From assembly GCA_964016885.1 (NCBI GenBank), contig OZ024765.1:2976001-3040000 (forward strand): a stretch of DNA of 64,000 nt, given 5' to 3'. Positions 14,112 through 26,957 of the stretch are shown piece after piece. The notes under the pieces were generated by a model that saw nothing but the letters and a program-made list of their open reading frames with translations, did not search any database and was not told where the DNA came from. Made by a program: the position numbers and the translations under genes. The stretch is from Eledone cirrhosa. Taxonomy: Eukaryota. Each line of letters opens with the position of its first letter. Position 1 is the stretch's first letter.

Positions 14112-14268
14112 GGCAAGAATAATTACCCCCTACAAGAAGATCTGAAGGGTTTACAAGCATTAATCTCTTCGTGTCGTCACCTGACCCACCTTAATTTGAG
14201 TGGCATCCATTCACATTACCTCCGTCACAATGAAACTACCATATGTGATGCTCTCGCAGAACTTCCAG
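14112..14268 (+). CDS. FBXL18: FBXL18 coding exon 3
   Basis: ccccacag|GGC...CCAG|gtaagt; GKNNYPLQEDLKGLQALISSCRHLTHLNLSGIHSH...; phases 0/1. Confidence 0.92.
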
Positions 14269-14289
14269 GTAAGTGTCATCTCAACCTTT

Positions 14290-15674
14290 TCGACCCCTCT
14301 CTAATCCACAAACCCTCTTTAAGTCCCTCTTAACTCCACAGACCCTCTTCGTCCCCTCTCTAATCCACAGACCCTCTCTAATCCACAGACCCTCTCTAAT
14401 CCACAGACCCTCTCTAATCCACAGACCCTCTCTAATCCACAAACCCTCAAAGTCCACAAACCCTCTTTAAGTCCCTCTCTATTCCACAGACCCTCTTTAA
14501 GTCCCCCTCAAGTCCACAAACCCTCGTTAAGTCCCTCTCTAATCCACAGGCCCTCTTTAAGTCCCTCTCTATTCCACAGACTCTCTTAAAGTCCCTCTCT
14601 AGTCCACAGACCCTCGTTAAGTCCCTCTCTAATCCACAGGCCCTCTTTAAGTCCCTCTCTAATCCACAGACTCTCTTAAAGTCCCTCTCTAGTCCACAGA
14701 CCCTCTTTAAGTCCCTTTCTAGTCCACAGGCCCTCTGTCAATCCCCACTGAAGTTCATAGACTTCTTCAATCTTTCACAAGTCCCTGGGCCACTTTAAAT
14801 CTCACTGGAGTCCTCAATCCCTCTCAAGTCCACAGGACCTCTTCAATCCCTCTCAAGTCCTCTCTTCTGTCTTCTCTATTACCTTGTCAAGACTATAGCC
14901 CTCTATCAAATCCCGCCTAAGTCCAGAACCCGCTGCTAAGTCCCTCTTTTCTCATCTCCTTCAGGTCTCCAATCCCTAACTCTGTCATCCTGTGCTGTCC
15001 TGTCAAGTACCACTCAAGTCCACAACCCTTTGTTAAGTCCCTCTTCTGACCTTTCTATTCCCCTCTATCAGCTTCTCAAGACTATAGTCCTCTGTTAAGT
15101 CCCATGCAAGTCAACAACCATCTGTCAAATCCCTCTGAAGTCCTTCTCAAATCTACAACCCTTTGTTAAGCCCCTCTTCTCTCATCCCTTCAGGTCTCAA
15201 ATCCCTAGCTTTGTCATCCTGTGCAGCCTCTCTATCAAGTCCCACACAAGTCCAAAACACCCTGTTAAGTCCTTCTGACCTCTCTATTACCAGTCCTTCT
15301 CAAGACTATAGTCCTCTGTTAAGTCCCATGCAAGTTGACAACCATGTCAAATCCCTCTGTCAAGTCCTTCTCCAATCCACAACCCTTTGTTAAATCCCTC
15401 TTCTCTCTCATCTCCTTCAGGTCTCAAATCCCTTGCTCTGTCAAGTACCATTCAAAGCCACACCCCTCTATCAAGTCCCACACAAGGCCCTCACCCCTCT
15501 CTCAAGTCCCACACAGGTCCACAACACCCTGTTAAGTCCCGCTTCTCTCTCATCTCCTTCAGGTCTCAAATCCCTAGCTCTGTCATCCTGTACTTCCCCT
15601 CTGTCAAGTCCCCCTATCAAGTCCCACACAGGTCCACAACACCCTGTTAAGCCCCTCTTCTCTCTCATCTTCAG
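14290..15674. repeat. C/T-rich ~30-bp repeats followed by degenerate repeats containing copies of the exon 4 acceptor
   Basis: gtccctctctaatccacagaccctctttaa units, then 4 copies of ctcatctccttcag-gtctcaaatccctagc. Confidence 0.85.
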
Positions 15675-15814
15675 GTCTCAAATCCCTAGCTCTGTCATCA
15701 TGTGCTGTCGTCCATAAACATTCTGATGCCAGACAAAATACATTCAACCTGAAAACTGATGAAATTCCGTTGAAAAAGCGCCGAGTGTCTTGGATGACAT
15801 CCAGTGATCCTTTT
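15675..15814 (+). CDS. FBXL18: FBXL18 coding exon 4
   Basis: catcttcag|GT...TTT|gtaagt; (G)LKSLALSSCAVVHK...PLKKRRVSWMTSSDPF, which includes an NLS-like KKRR; phases 1/0. Confidence 0.88.
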
Positions 15815-15974
15815 GTAAGTCATCTTTCTCTTCTCCTTACTCTTCATAACCTCCCCTGTTCCCCCAGTGGTGCTAACTGCCTAATCAGAGTAAGTTTGTG
15901 TGTGTATATATTTCAACCTTTTGTATTTATCATTGTTCTGGTATATGTATGTTCTCTCTCTCTCTCTCCATATA

Positions 15975-16367
15975 TCATCATCACCACCACCGTTTTACGT
16001 CCATTCTTCCACGCTAGCATGGGTTAGACGGGTTGTCCTGTTGTGGGCAGTGTCCGATCAGCTGACCTTGTCTTGCTCATACGGGAACTGATTCTGGCTT
16101 GATTTCTACAGCTGGATGCCCTTCCTAACACCAACCTCATTTACAGTGAGTGCTGGGTGCTTTTTTGTCGTGGCACCTCCACGTCCACTTTGCAGTGGAA
16201 TGATAGGGACCCCAGTCACTATCATCTCATTTCTACAGCTGAGTAAACTGGAGCAATGTGAAATAAAGTGTCTTGCTCAAGGAAACAACACATCACCCGG
16301 TCCAAGAATTGAACTCACAACCTTTCGATTGCAAGCCCAATGCTCTAACCACTAAGCCATGCCCCTT
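15975..16367 (-). mobile_element. Full-length SINE family B copy in FBXL18 intron 4
   Basis: Reverse complement of the 52597-52940 element. Confidence 0.85.
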
Positions 16368-16600
16368 CATATGCGCCTATATATAAATAAATATATAAAT
16401 GTGGTTGGTGTTAGGAAGGGCATCCAGCCATAGAAAACCAGCCAGAAACACCCCTATATGAGCGAGACACGGTCACCCGACACAACTTGCCTCAAAATAG
16501 GACCCGTCTAACCCGTGCTAGCATGGAAAATGGACGTTAATCGATGATGATGATGATGATGATATGTGTAATTTTCTCACTGAGTCTCTTTATTTTCCAG

Positions 16601-16809
16601 TCTGTTGGGCTCTCCTCTGAAGTCAACCTCTATTCCAATGATTCGCTCACATCTGGCACAACAGGCCTCAATTCCAGCTGCCAAGATCTGGAAACTTTAG
16701 TCAAGGGTTGCCCGAACATGGAACAATTTGAACTTATCACCCCAAACTTCTATTCGGTTTTCCATAAAGTTCTCGGCATGTGTACAAGGGAACAGAATTT
16801 CTACGCTTG
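16601..16809 (+). CDS. FBXL18: FBXL18 coding exon 5
   Basis: tattttccag|TCT...TG|gtatgt; SVGLSSE...DLETLVKGCPNMEQFELI...; phases 0/2. Confidence 0.88.
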
Positions 16810-18183
16810 GTATGTATTACATCTTTGTATTTCTAGCTGAGTAATTAGTTACATCTCTTTCGTATTGTTGGTGATTTACACTTTAAATACTCCCGGTACA
16901 CCCTGTACACTCTGTAAAGTAGTAGACGCTAGGAAGGGCATCACAATGTAGAAAGTTTGTCAAATGGAAGGTTTCAGTTGTATCAAAGACATGACAGCCT
17001 CTCTAGTGTGTGACCACCCAGTCTAAAGTCTGTCTTAAGCCAGAAGGCTTGTTAAGCCAGTGCTTATCCCAGTTTCATGGTGTGAAGCGCCTGAGAGTAC
17101 AAGACTCCCCTGGACAGGAGACCAGTCCATCACAGGGTTAAAGTCTATCTTAAGCCAGAAGACTTATTTGGCCAGTGCTTATCCCGGTTTCATGGCGTGA
17201 AATGACTGAGAGTACAAGACTCCCCCCTGGACAGGAGACCAGTCCATCACAGGGTTAAACCCCCAGCTATTGCTGGTACTCATTGTCAGCTGAGTATACT
17301 GGAGCAATGTGAAATGAAGTGTTTTGCTCAAGAACATAACACACAACCGTGAAATCGAACCCACGACATTATGATTGTAAGTCCAACACCCTTACCACTA
17401 GGCCACGTGCCTCCACAACGATCACCCAGTACACTCTATAAAGTGGTTGATGCTAGGAAAGACATCCAGCTGTAGAAATCTTACCAAACAAGGGTCAGGA
17501 GATATGTTAAGCTGTGCCAAAGACATGACAACTACCTAGTGCTGGTGATGTTTACAATAAAATATTAATGATATACATGATAAATAATCACCCACTACAC
17601 TCTGTAAAGTGGTTGGTGATAGGAAGGGCAGCCAGCTGTAGAAATCTTAGCAAACAAAGGGTTGGGAGGACCTGTCAGCTGTGACAAAGACATGACAACC
17701 TCTCTAGTACTAGTGCCATTATAAAATGTTGATGACCTACACCAAGCATGGGTAACCTTTTTCCAACAGTGGGCTGCATATGATGTGGCCCTTCATAAGG
17801 TGGTCTACACTACTAACAAATTTAACCCTTTATCATTTACATTACTCTATATATACTATTGTATTTTCACAGTAAAGGCTTTACCTCACATAATATCTCA
17901 CATAACATTTACATTACTCTATATATACTATTGTATTTTCACAGTAAAGGCTTTACCTCTCATAATATCTCATAACATTTACATTACTCTATATATACTA
18001 TTGTATTTTCATGGTAAATGCTTTACCTCACATAATACTCACATAATATCAAATCTATGAGATTTTGAAAATAATACCTTAACATCAGAAAGAGGTGAGA
18101 GAATTCTGGCCAGATATGGCTGGTTTAAATGGTAAAGAGTTAAATGATGATGTTGATCCTTGGTTTTTTGGGGTATTTTTCAG

Positions 18184-18272
18184 TGAACCCTCACGTCAGT
18201 TGCATGAGAGTCAGTTAATGTGGATTGGATACTGGAAAAATCTCAGATATCTTCAGTTAACAGGAATTCCAG
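18184..18272 (+). CDS. FBXL18: FBXL18 coding exon 6
   Basis: tttttcag|T...CCAG|gtgtgt; (C)EPSRQLHESQLMWIGYWKNLRYLQLTGIP; phases 2/1. Confidence 0.87.
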
Positions 18273-18540
18273 GTGTGTAAAGTATGTCTTTTATTTATTT
18301 GTTGGACTCAGTCATGCGACTGTGGCCATGCTGGGGCATAACTATGTACTCAGGTCTGGAGAAGGGCTGGACCCCATCAGGTTTAAAAATGCCCTATGAA
18401 ATGATGTATGTCAATGTGGTGCCCCTATGACTCCACCAGGAGTTACGGGTCCATACTGTACTATATTGGTTTGTGGCCATGCTGGAGCACTGGCATCTCC
18501 CTCCCCTCAAACATTTTTTACAATGAATTTTTCAAATATA

Positions 18541-21500
18541 AGGGGCTTCAACTTAACTAACACAGGGCCTCATAACTTAACTAACACAGGTCTTCATAAC
18601 TTAACTAACACAGGGCCTCATAACTTAACTAACACAGGGCCTCATAACTTAACTAACACAGGGCCTCATAACTTAACTAACACAGGGCCTCATAACTTAA
18701 CTAACACAGGTCTTCATAACTTAACTAACACAGGGCCTCATAACTTAACTAACACAGGGCCTCATAACTTAACTAACACAGGGCTTCATAACTTAACTAA
18801 CACAGGGCCTCATAACTTAACTAACACAGGGCCTCATAACTTAACTAACACAGGGCTTCATAACTTAACTAACACAGGGCCTCATAACTTAACTAACACA
18901 GGGCCTCATAACTTAACTAACACAGGGCTTCATAACTTAACTAACACAGGGCTTCATAACTTAACTAACACAGGGCCTCATAACTTAACTAACACAGGGC
19001 CTCATAACTTAACTAACACAGGGCCTCATAACTTAACTAACACAGGGCCTCATAACTTAACTAACACAGGCTCTCATAACTTAACTAACACAGGGCCTCA
19101 TAACTTAACTAACACAGGGCCTCATAACTTAACTAACACAGGGCCTCATAACTTAACTAACACAGGGCCTCATAACTTAACTAACACAGGGCCTCATAAC
19201 TTAACTAACACAGGCTCTCATAACTTAACTAACACAGGCTCTCATAACTTAACTAACACAGGGCCTCATAACTTAACTAACACAGGCTCTCATAACTTAA
19301 CTAACACAGGCTCTCATAACTTAACTAACACAGGGCTCTCATAACTTAACTAACACAGGCTCTCATAACTTAACTAACACAGGGCTTCATAACTTAACTA
19401 ACACAGGTCTTCATAACTTAACTAACACAGGGCCTCATAACTTAACTAACACAGGGCCTCATAACTTAACTAACACAGGTCTTCATAACTTAACTAACAC
19501 AGGGCCTCATAACTTAACTAACACAGGTCTTCATAACTTAACTAACACAGGGCCTCATAACTTAACTAACACAGGGCCTCATAACTTAACTAACACAGGG
19601 CTTCATAACTTAACTAACACAGGGCCTCATAACTTAACTAACACAGGCTCTCATAACTTAACTAACACAGGCTCTCATAACTTAACTAACACAGGGCTCT
19701 CATAACTTAACTAACACAGGCTCTCATAACTTAACTAACACAGGGCTTCATAACTTAACTAACACAGGTCTTCATAACTTAACTAACACAGGGCCTCATA
19801 ACTTAACTAACACAGGGCCTCATAACTTAACTAACACAGGTCTTCATAACTTAACTAACACAGGGCCTCATAACTTAACTAACACAGGGCCTCATAACTT
19901 AACTAACACAGGTCTTCATAACTTAACTAACACAGGGCCTCATAACTTAACTAACACAGGTCTTCATAACTTAACTAACACAGGGCTTCATAACTTAACT
20001 AACACAGGACCTCATAACTTAACTAACACAGGGCCTCATAACTTAACTAACACAGGGCTTCATAACTTAACTAACACAGGGCCTCATAACTTAACTAACA
20101 CAGGGCCTCATAACTTAACTAACACAGGGCCTCATAACTTAACTAACACAGGGCCTCATAACTTAACTAACACAGGGCCTCATAACTTAACTAACACAGG
20201 GCCTCATAACTTAACTAACACAGGGCCTCATAACTTAACTAACACAGGGCTTCATAACTTAACTAACACAGGACCTCATAACTTAACTAACACAGGCTCT
20301 CATAACTTAACTAACACAGGACCTCATAACTTAACTAACACAGGGTCTCATAACTTAACTAACACAGGGCCTCATAACTTAACTAACACAGGGCTTCATA
20401 ACTTAACTAACACAGGGCCTCATAACTTAACTAACACAGGGCCTCATAACTTAACTAACACAGGCTCTCATAACTTAACTAACACAGGCTCTCATAACTT
20501 AACTAACACAGGCTCTCATAACTTAACTAACACGGGACCTCATAACTTAACTAACACAGGGCCTCATAACTTAACTAACACAGGGCCTCATAACTTAACT
20601 AACACAGGGCCTCATAACTTAACTAACACAGGTCTTCATAACTTAACTAACACAGGGCTTCATAACTTAACTAACACAGGCTCTCATAACTTAACTAACA
20701 CAGGGCTTCATAACTTAACTAACACAGGGCCTCATAACTTAACTAACACAGGGCTTCATAACTTAACTAACACAGGGCCTCATAACTTAACTAACACAGG
20801 GCCTCATAACTTAACTAACACAGGGCCTCATAACTGAACTAACACAGGGCCTCATAACTTAACTAACACAGGGCCTCATAACTTAACTAACACAGGGCTT
20901 CATAACTTAACTAACACAGGGCTTCATAACTTAACTAACACAGGGCTTCATAACTTAACTAACACAGGGCCTCATAACTTAACTAACACAGGGCTTCATA
21001 ACTTAACTAACACAGGGCTTCATAACTTAACTAACACAGGGCTTCATAACTTAACTAACACAGGGCCTCATAACTTAACTAACACAGGTCTTCATAACTT
21101 AACTAACACAGGGCCTCATAACTTAACTAACACAGGCTCTCATAACTTAACTAACACAGGTCTTCATAACTTAACTAACACAGGGCTTCATAACTTAACT
21201 AACACAGGGCTTCATAACTTAACTAACACAGGCTCTCATAACTTAACTAACACAGGGCTTCATAACTTAACTAACACAGGGCTTCATAACTTAACTAACA
21301 CAGGGCTTCATAATTTAACTAACACAGGGCTTCATAACTTAACTAACACAGGCTCTCATAACTTAACTAACACAGGGCTTCATAACTTAACTAACACAGG
21401 GTCTCATAACTTAACTAACACAGGGCTTCATAACTTAACTAACACAGGTCTTCATAACTTAACTAACACAGGGCTTCATAACTTAACTAACACAGGGCTT

Positions 21501-21647
21501 CATAACTTAACTAACACAGGCTCTCATAACTTAACTAACACAGGGCTTCATAACTTAACTAACACAGGACCTCATAACTTAACTAACACAGGGCTTCATA
21601 ACTTAACTAACACAGGGCTTCATAACTTAACTAACACAGGGCCTCAT
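18541..21647. repeat. 24-bp minisatellite (~130 units) in FBXL18 intron 6
   Basis: Unit cataacttaactaacacagggcct. Confidence 0.97.
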
Positions 21648-21798
21648 TTGTCCTTAATCCAGCACTGAACTTAGTTGACCATATCACCCCGCCCCACCAT
21701 CAGTATACACATTACATCAGTTTTTACCTTCTGGGTCTCCATTGAACCAATCAATCAATCAATCGATCATCCGTGACTTATCTTAATCTGTGTTTCAG

Positions 21799-21952
21799 AA
21801 ATTCGTCTCGGGACCAGCCTGGTGTCCATCTGTAAACACTGCGTCCACCTGGAACGTCTCCACCTGGCTCAGTTAGGCTTACCTGGCCATATTACCTATC
21901 ATTCTAATCTCTGTACAGCTTTAACCCATTGTAAACAACTGAAAGATTTCAG
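21799..21952 (+). CDS. FBXL18: FBXL18 coding exon 7
   Basis: tgtgtttcag|AA...AG|gtaaca; IRLGTSLVSICKHCVHLERLHLAQLGLPGHITYHSNLCTALTHCKQLKDFR, resembling recalled vertebrate FBXL18 (GSGLVNIGLQCQQLRSLSLANLG...HCKRLRDLR). Confidence 0.92.
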
Positions 21953-22300
21953 GTAACACATATTCTTTTTAAAAAAACACAATATATAGATATATATCAC
22001 TATCCAGCGAATTTACAACCGTTAAGGTGTGATTTCCATGGGTTTGTCGTTATTTATAAAACAAATTTTGTATTTCATCTGATGAAAGCGCACCAAGATT
22101 GGCTTGGTCACCCTTGAAATCATCATCATCATCATCATCATCATTTTACGTCCGCTTTTCCCTGCTTGCAAGGGTGGGACGGGAACTGAAATATATATAA
22201 TAAAATAAATATGGTTTTATAAATATAGTTTCCATTTATTAATATCTTGGTATATATATATGTGTGTGTCTGTGTGTGTATATGCGTATATATGTGTATA

Positions 22301-22333
<33 letters not shown>

Positions 22334-22821
22334 GAAAACAATTATATTACCCACTGTACTACTCCAAGTATTGAGTACTCTGTTGTGGAATGGTCTTACC
22401 GGTTTTTACCGCCTCCAATCTGATATATATATATATATATATACATACATACATACATACATACATACAGGGTGCCCCAAAAAATGTATACACACTTCAA
22501 CAGCAAAAAAAAAAAGCATTAAAATAAATTCTGTTTTATATGCATTATAAATCCCGCCGAGGTTAACTTTCCCTTTCATCCTTACGGGGTCGATAAAATA
22601 AAGTACCAGTAATACACTGGGGTGATTGCTGGCCTTGTGCCAAAAGTAGAAACAATTATTTAAATTATGTAAACATTTTTGGGTGTTTACATACAGTTGA
22701 AATATGTCTGTAGAACATTTTACATTCTACGGCTGGATGCCCTTCCTAACACCAACCACGTTTACAGTGTGGACTGGGAGGTCTTTACCGTGTTACCTAC
22801 ACGGCCACATTACAGTGTGGA

Positions 22822-23800
22822 CCATTATTACACCATACCACACCATTACACCACCATACCACACCACACCACCACACACCAACACCGCACCATTACACCA
22901 CCATACCACACCATTACACCACCATACCACACCACACCACCACACACCAACACCGCACCATTACACCACCATACCGCACCATTACACCACCATACCACAC
23001 CACACCACCATACCACACCACCACACACCAACACCGCACCATTACACCACCATACCACACCATTACACCACCATACCACACCACACCACCACACACCAAC
23101 ACCGCACCATTACACCACCATACCACACCACACCACCATACCACACCACACCACCACACACCAACACCGCACCATTACACCACCATACCACACCACACCA
23201 CCATACCACACCATTACACCACCATACCACACCACACCACCACACACCAACACCGCACCATTACACCACCATACCACACCATTACACCACCATACCACAC
23301 CACACCACCACACACCAACACCGCACCATTACACCACCATACCACACCATTACACCACCATACCACACCACACCACCACACACCAACACCGCACCATTGC
23401 ACCACCATACCACACCACACCACCATACCACACCACACCAACACCGCACCATTACACCACCATACCACACCACCACACACCAACACCGCACCATTACACC
23501 ACCATACCACACCACACCACCATACCACACCACCACACACCAACACCGCACCATTACACCACCATACCACACCATTACACCACCATACCACACCACACCA
23601 CCACACACCAACACCGCACCATTACACCACCATACCACACCATTACACCACCATACCACACCACACCACCACACACCAACACCGCACCATTACACCACCA
23701 TACCACACCATTACACCACACCACCACACACCAACACCGCACCATTACACCACCATACCACACCACACCACCACACACCAACACCGCACCATACCATTCA
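22822..23800. repeat. C/A-rich compound repeat in FBXL18 intron 7
   Basis: Modules accattacaccaccataccac / accacacaccaacaccgc. Confidence 0.93.
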
Positions 23801-23831
23801 CCATATCTCCTCCATTATCTCTCCTCCACAG

Positions 23832-23967
23832 AATAGAACAACCTAATATGAAACTCAACGACATGTTCTTCAACTCTCTGTGGAGTTGTCCAGAGCTGGA
23901 GAGAGTTTGTGTGGCCAGTAACAGGAGTACCTATGATGGTTATCTTATTGACCAGCTGTTGTCTAAG
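23832..23967 (+). CDS. FBXL18: FBXL18 coding exon 8
   Basis: ctccacag|A...AAG|gtaagt; IEQPNMKLNDMFFNSLWSCPELERVCVASNRST (cf. recalled vertebrate LEQPYF...FFQALSQCPSLQRLCLVS). Confidence 0.92.
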
Positions 23968-24055
23968 GTAAGTAGGGTCTACCTAGTACCATAGGGAGTA
24001 CCTAGTACCACCAAGGGTACCTCTGATAGCTGTCTTATTGAATAAATACATATAT

Positions 24056-25145
24056 CATCATCATCATTTTACGTCCACTTTTCCCTGCTTGCAAGGGTGG
24101 GACAGATCCTATTCAGCACAGCATCTCTCCACTTCGTCATCTTCTCTGTGAGCTTCAGCAATCTGAGGTCTGCTCTCACCACCTCAGCCCTTGTTTTTCG
24201 TGGTCTACCTCTTCTGCGGCTTCCTTCTACTGGGATTTATTGGCACTTCTTTACCCAGCGGTCATCGTCCATGTACATCACATGTCCATACCATCTCAGT
24301 CTTCTTTCCCACACACTACAGCCAATCCCTCTTATACCCAGTTTCTCTCTCAACACATCACATGTCCATACCATCTCAGTCTTCTCTCCCACACACTACA
24401 ACTTATCCCTCTTATACCCAGTTTCTCTCTCAACTCATCACATGTCCATACCATCTTAGTCTTCTCTCCCACACACCACAACTTATCCCTCTTATACCCA
24501 GTTTCTCTCTCAACACATCACATGTCCATACCATCTCAGTCTTCTCTCCCACACACTACAACTTATCCCTCTTATACCCAGTTTCTCTCTCAACTCATCA
24601 CATGTCCATACCATCTTAGTCTTCTCTCCCACACACCACAACTTATCCCTCTTATACCCAGTTTCTCTCTCAACTCATCACATGTCCATACCATCTCAGT
24701 CTTCTTTCCCACACACTACAACTTATCCCTCTTATACCCAGTTTCTCTCTCAACTCATCACATGTCCATACCATCTCAGTCTTCTCTCCCACACACTACA
24801 ACTTATCTCTCTTATACCCAGTTTCTCTCTCAACTCATCACATGTCCATACCATCTTAGTCTTCTTTCCCACACACTACAACTTATCCGTCTTATACACA
24901 GTTTCTCTCTTAACTCATCACATGTCCATACCATCTGAGTCTTCTCTCCTACACACTACAACTTATTCCTTTTATACCCAGTTTCTCTCTCAACTCATCC
25001 AAGCTGGGTCGTTCATGTACATTGACATTGCACATCCAACGGAGCATGCTTGCTTCATTTCTCTCTAGCTGTCGCATATCCTCTGTAGTTGCTGCCCATG
25101 TCTCACTACCATGCAGCATAGCGCATCTCATACAGGCATCATATA
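24056..25145 (-). mobile_element. RTE-clade LINE 3' fragment with an internal 80-bp tandem amplification (~9 units)
   Basis: Minus strand reads MLHGSETWAATTEDMRQLERNEASMLRWMCNV...LREKLGI and GSRRRGRPRKT (RTE C-terminal motifs); (GAT)n tail at 24056. Confidence 0.8.
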
Positions 25146-25322
25146 TTGTTATATTTTGGGAAGGTCAAATTGTTATAATATTGCCAGAAATAATAACAGA
25201 ACACATTCACTGTTTGGTTTGGGTTGGTTTTCGCTTCTGTATCTTTTATATCTCTATAGTTAATTTATTTGGCAATCAATGTTTATCATATATATATAAT
25301 ATTTCTCTCTCTATCTATACAG

Positions 25323-25405
25323 GCTTCCAAGTTGATAGTCCTGATGTTATTTTCTGGAATGTCTCAAGAAATTTGTAAACATTTACAGAGTTCTCTAATG
25401 AAGAA
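25323..25405 (+). CDS. FBXL18: FBXL18 coding exon 9
   Basis: ctatacag|GCT...AA|gtaagt; ASKLIVLMLFSGMSQEICKHLQSSLMK; phases 0/2. Confidence 0.9.
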
Positions 25406-25447
25406 GTAAGTAAAGAGATTTACTGTTATCTCATACACATACACACA

Positions 25448-25514
<67 letters not shown>

Positions 25515-26055
25515 AAAGGTAAACAGAAATAACAACACAATAGGTACAGTATGTGGAAGGGATATATTAGGTTAACGCTTGATATAGCAGGAGGAGGGTC
25601 TTAACGTTTTGGACGCTAGTCCTTCATCAGAAGAAAGAAAAATGTCTTTAGATAAAAATAACAGGTCCATTCATGTTGACATCTCTTGCAAAACTGTTGG
25701 TGCTGGCGTTTTGTGTATGATTTATTTTTTTTAGAAAAGTGGATGATGGAGCGCGTCTACCTGAAATGGAAAAATAAACGTTTTGTAAAAAGTGCTATAC
25801 TGGTGCACGTGTGTAAGCATGTGTGTGTGTGTGTGTGTGTTATACGTCCATACGAAGCTAAGAAGAAATGTGTGTGTATATGTGAGTACGTATATATGCA
25901 CATACACGCACACACATAAGTAGAAGGGATATTTAATTTGTTAGAAATACCACAAATATAAATGTTTATACCTGATTCAGAGCACTCGACAGTTTTCTGG
26001 AGTATAATATACAATGATATTAAATAAATGGAAACTATATTTATAAAACCATATT

Positions 26056-26117
26056 TATTCTATTATATATATTTCAAGGGTACCAAAAATGTTGGTACGC
26101 TATCATCAGATAAAATA
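26056..26117 (-). ncRNA. Type I hammerhead ribozyme motif in a dispersed ~200-bp repeat
   Basis: TATTTTAT-CTGATGA-tagcGTACCAAcatttTTGGTACcctt-GAAA-TATATATA-ATAGAATA. Palindromic stem III; base of stem II imperfect. Confidence 0.62.
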
Positions 26118-26957
26118 CAAAATGTTTTATAAATATTTGACATAACCAAGGATAATATACCTTAACGGTTCAAGTTATCCCTGGAAAGTGAAGGGAGAGA
26201 AAAAACCAGATATTTAAAATTATTAACATGAGTATGCAAATGAGGTTTATGTAAAAGGGCTTTTACATTCACACATATATACATTCACACACAGATATAT
26301 ATATCTTTTGTATTATGACATACCACCAGTCAACTCAGTCGTGTGTCATTTCTGATAGTGTTGGTACTGGTAGACATGTCTTTTGTACTATGACATCACC
26401 AGTTAGCGTGGCCTCGTAGTAAGGGTGTTGGACTTACGATCATGGGTTCGACTCCTGGGCTGGGCTGTGTGTTGTGTTCTTGAGCAAAACACTTCATTTC
26501 ACGTTGCTCCAGTATACTCAGCTGAAAATGAGTATTAACAATAGCTGGGGGTGTAACCCTGAGATGGACTGGGCACCGGCCGAGCAAGCCTTCTGGCTTA
26601 AGACAGACTTTAGACCCGTATGAGTACCAGCAATAGCTGGGGGTTTAAGCCTGAGATGGACTGGTGTCCTGTCCAGGGGGGAGTCTTGTACACTCAGTTG
26701 CTTTATACCATGAAACTGGGATAAGTGCTAGCCTAGCAAGCCTTCTGGCAGACTTTAGACTCATATGAGCAGCAATAGATGGGGGTAACTAAGATAAGCA
26801 ACAGCCTGATAAGCCTCCAGACTCGAGACTGACTTAAACCAGTCAGTTCTGTCCTGTGTCATCTCATTTATATGTTTCAAATTCACAATACTTGTTACTG
26901 TTTGATGGGTCAACTCATCTGTGAGGTTTTTTTTTTCTTCTTAAGTCTCATTTCTTT

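Noticed and set aside
15755-15778. CTGATGA...GAAA inside FBXL18 exon 4
   Set aside because: Stems I and III do not pair; a chance match in coding sequence.
18427-19344. 305-aa (HNLTNTGP)n ORF
   Set aside because: Intronic 24-bp satellite; the frame is broken by a 25-bp unit while the array continues.
18541-21647. Regular repeats resembling a CRISPR array (also 2710-3720 and 31012-31630)
   Set aside because: No unique spacers, no cas genes, and a eukaryotic context.
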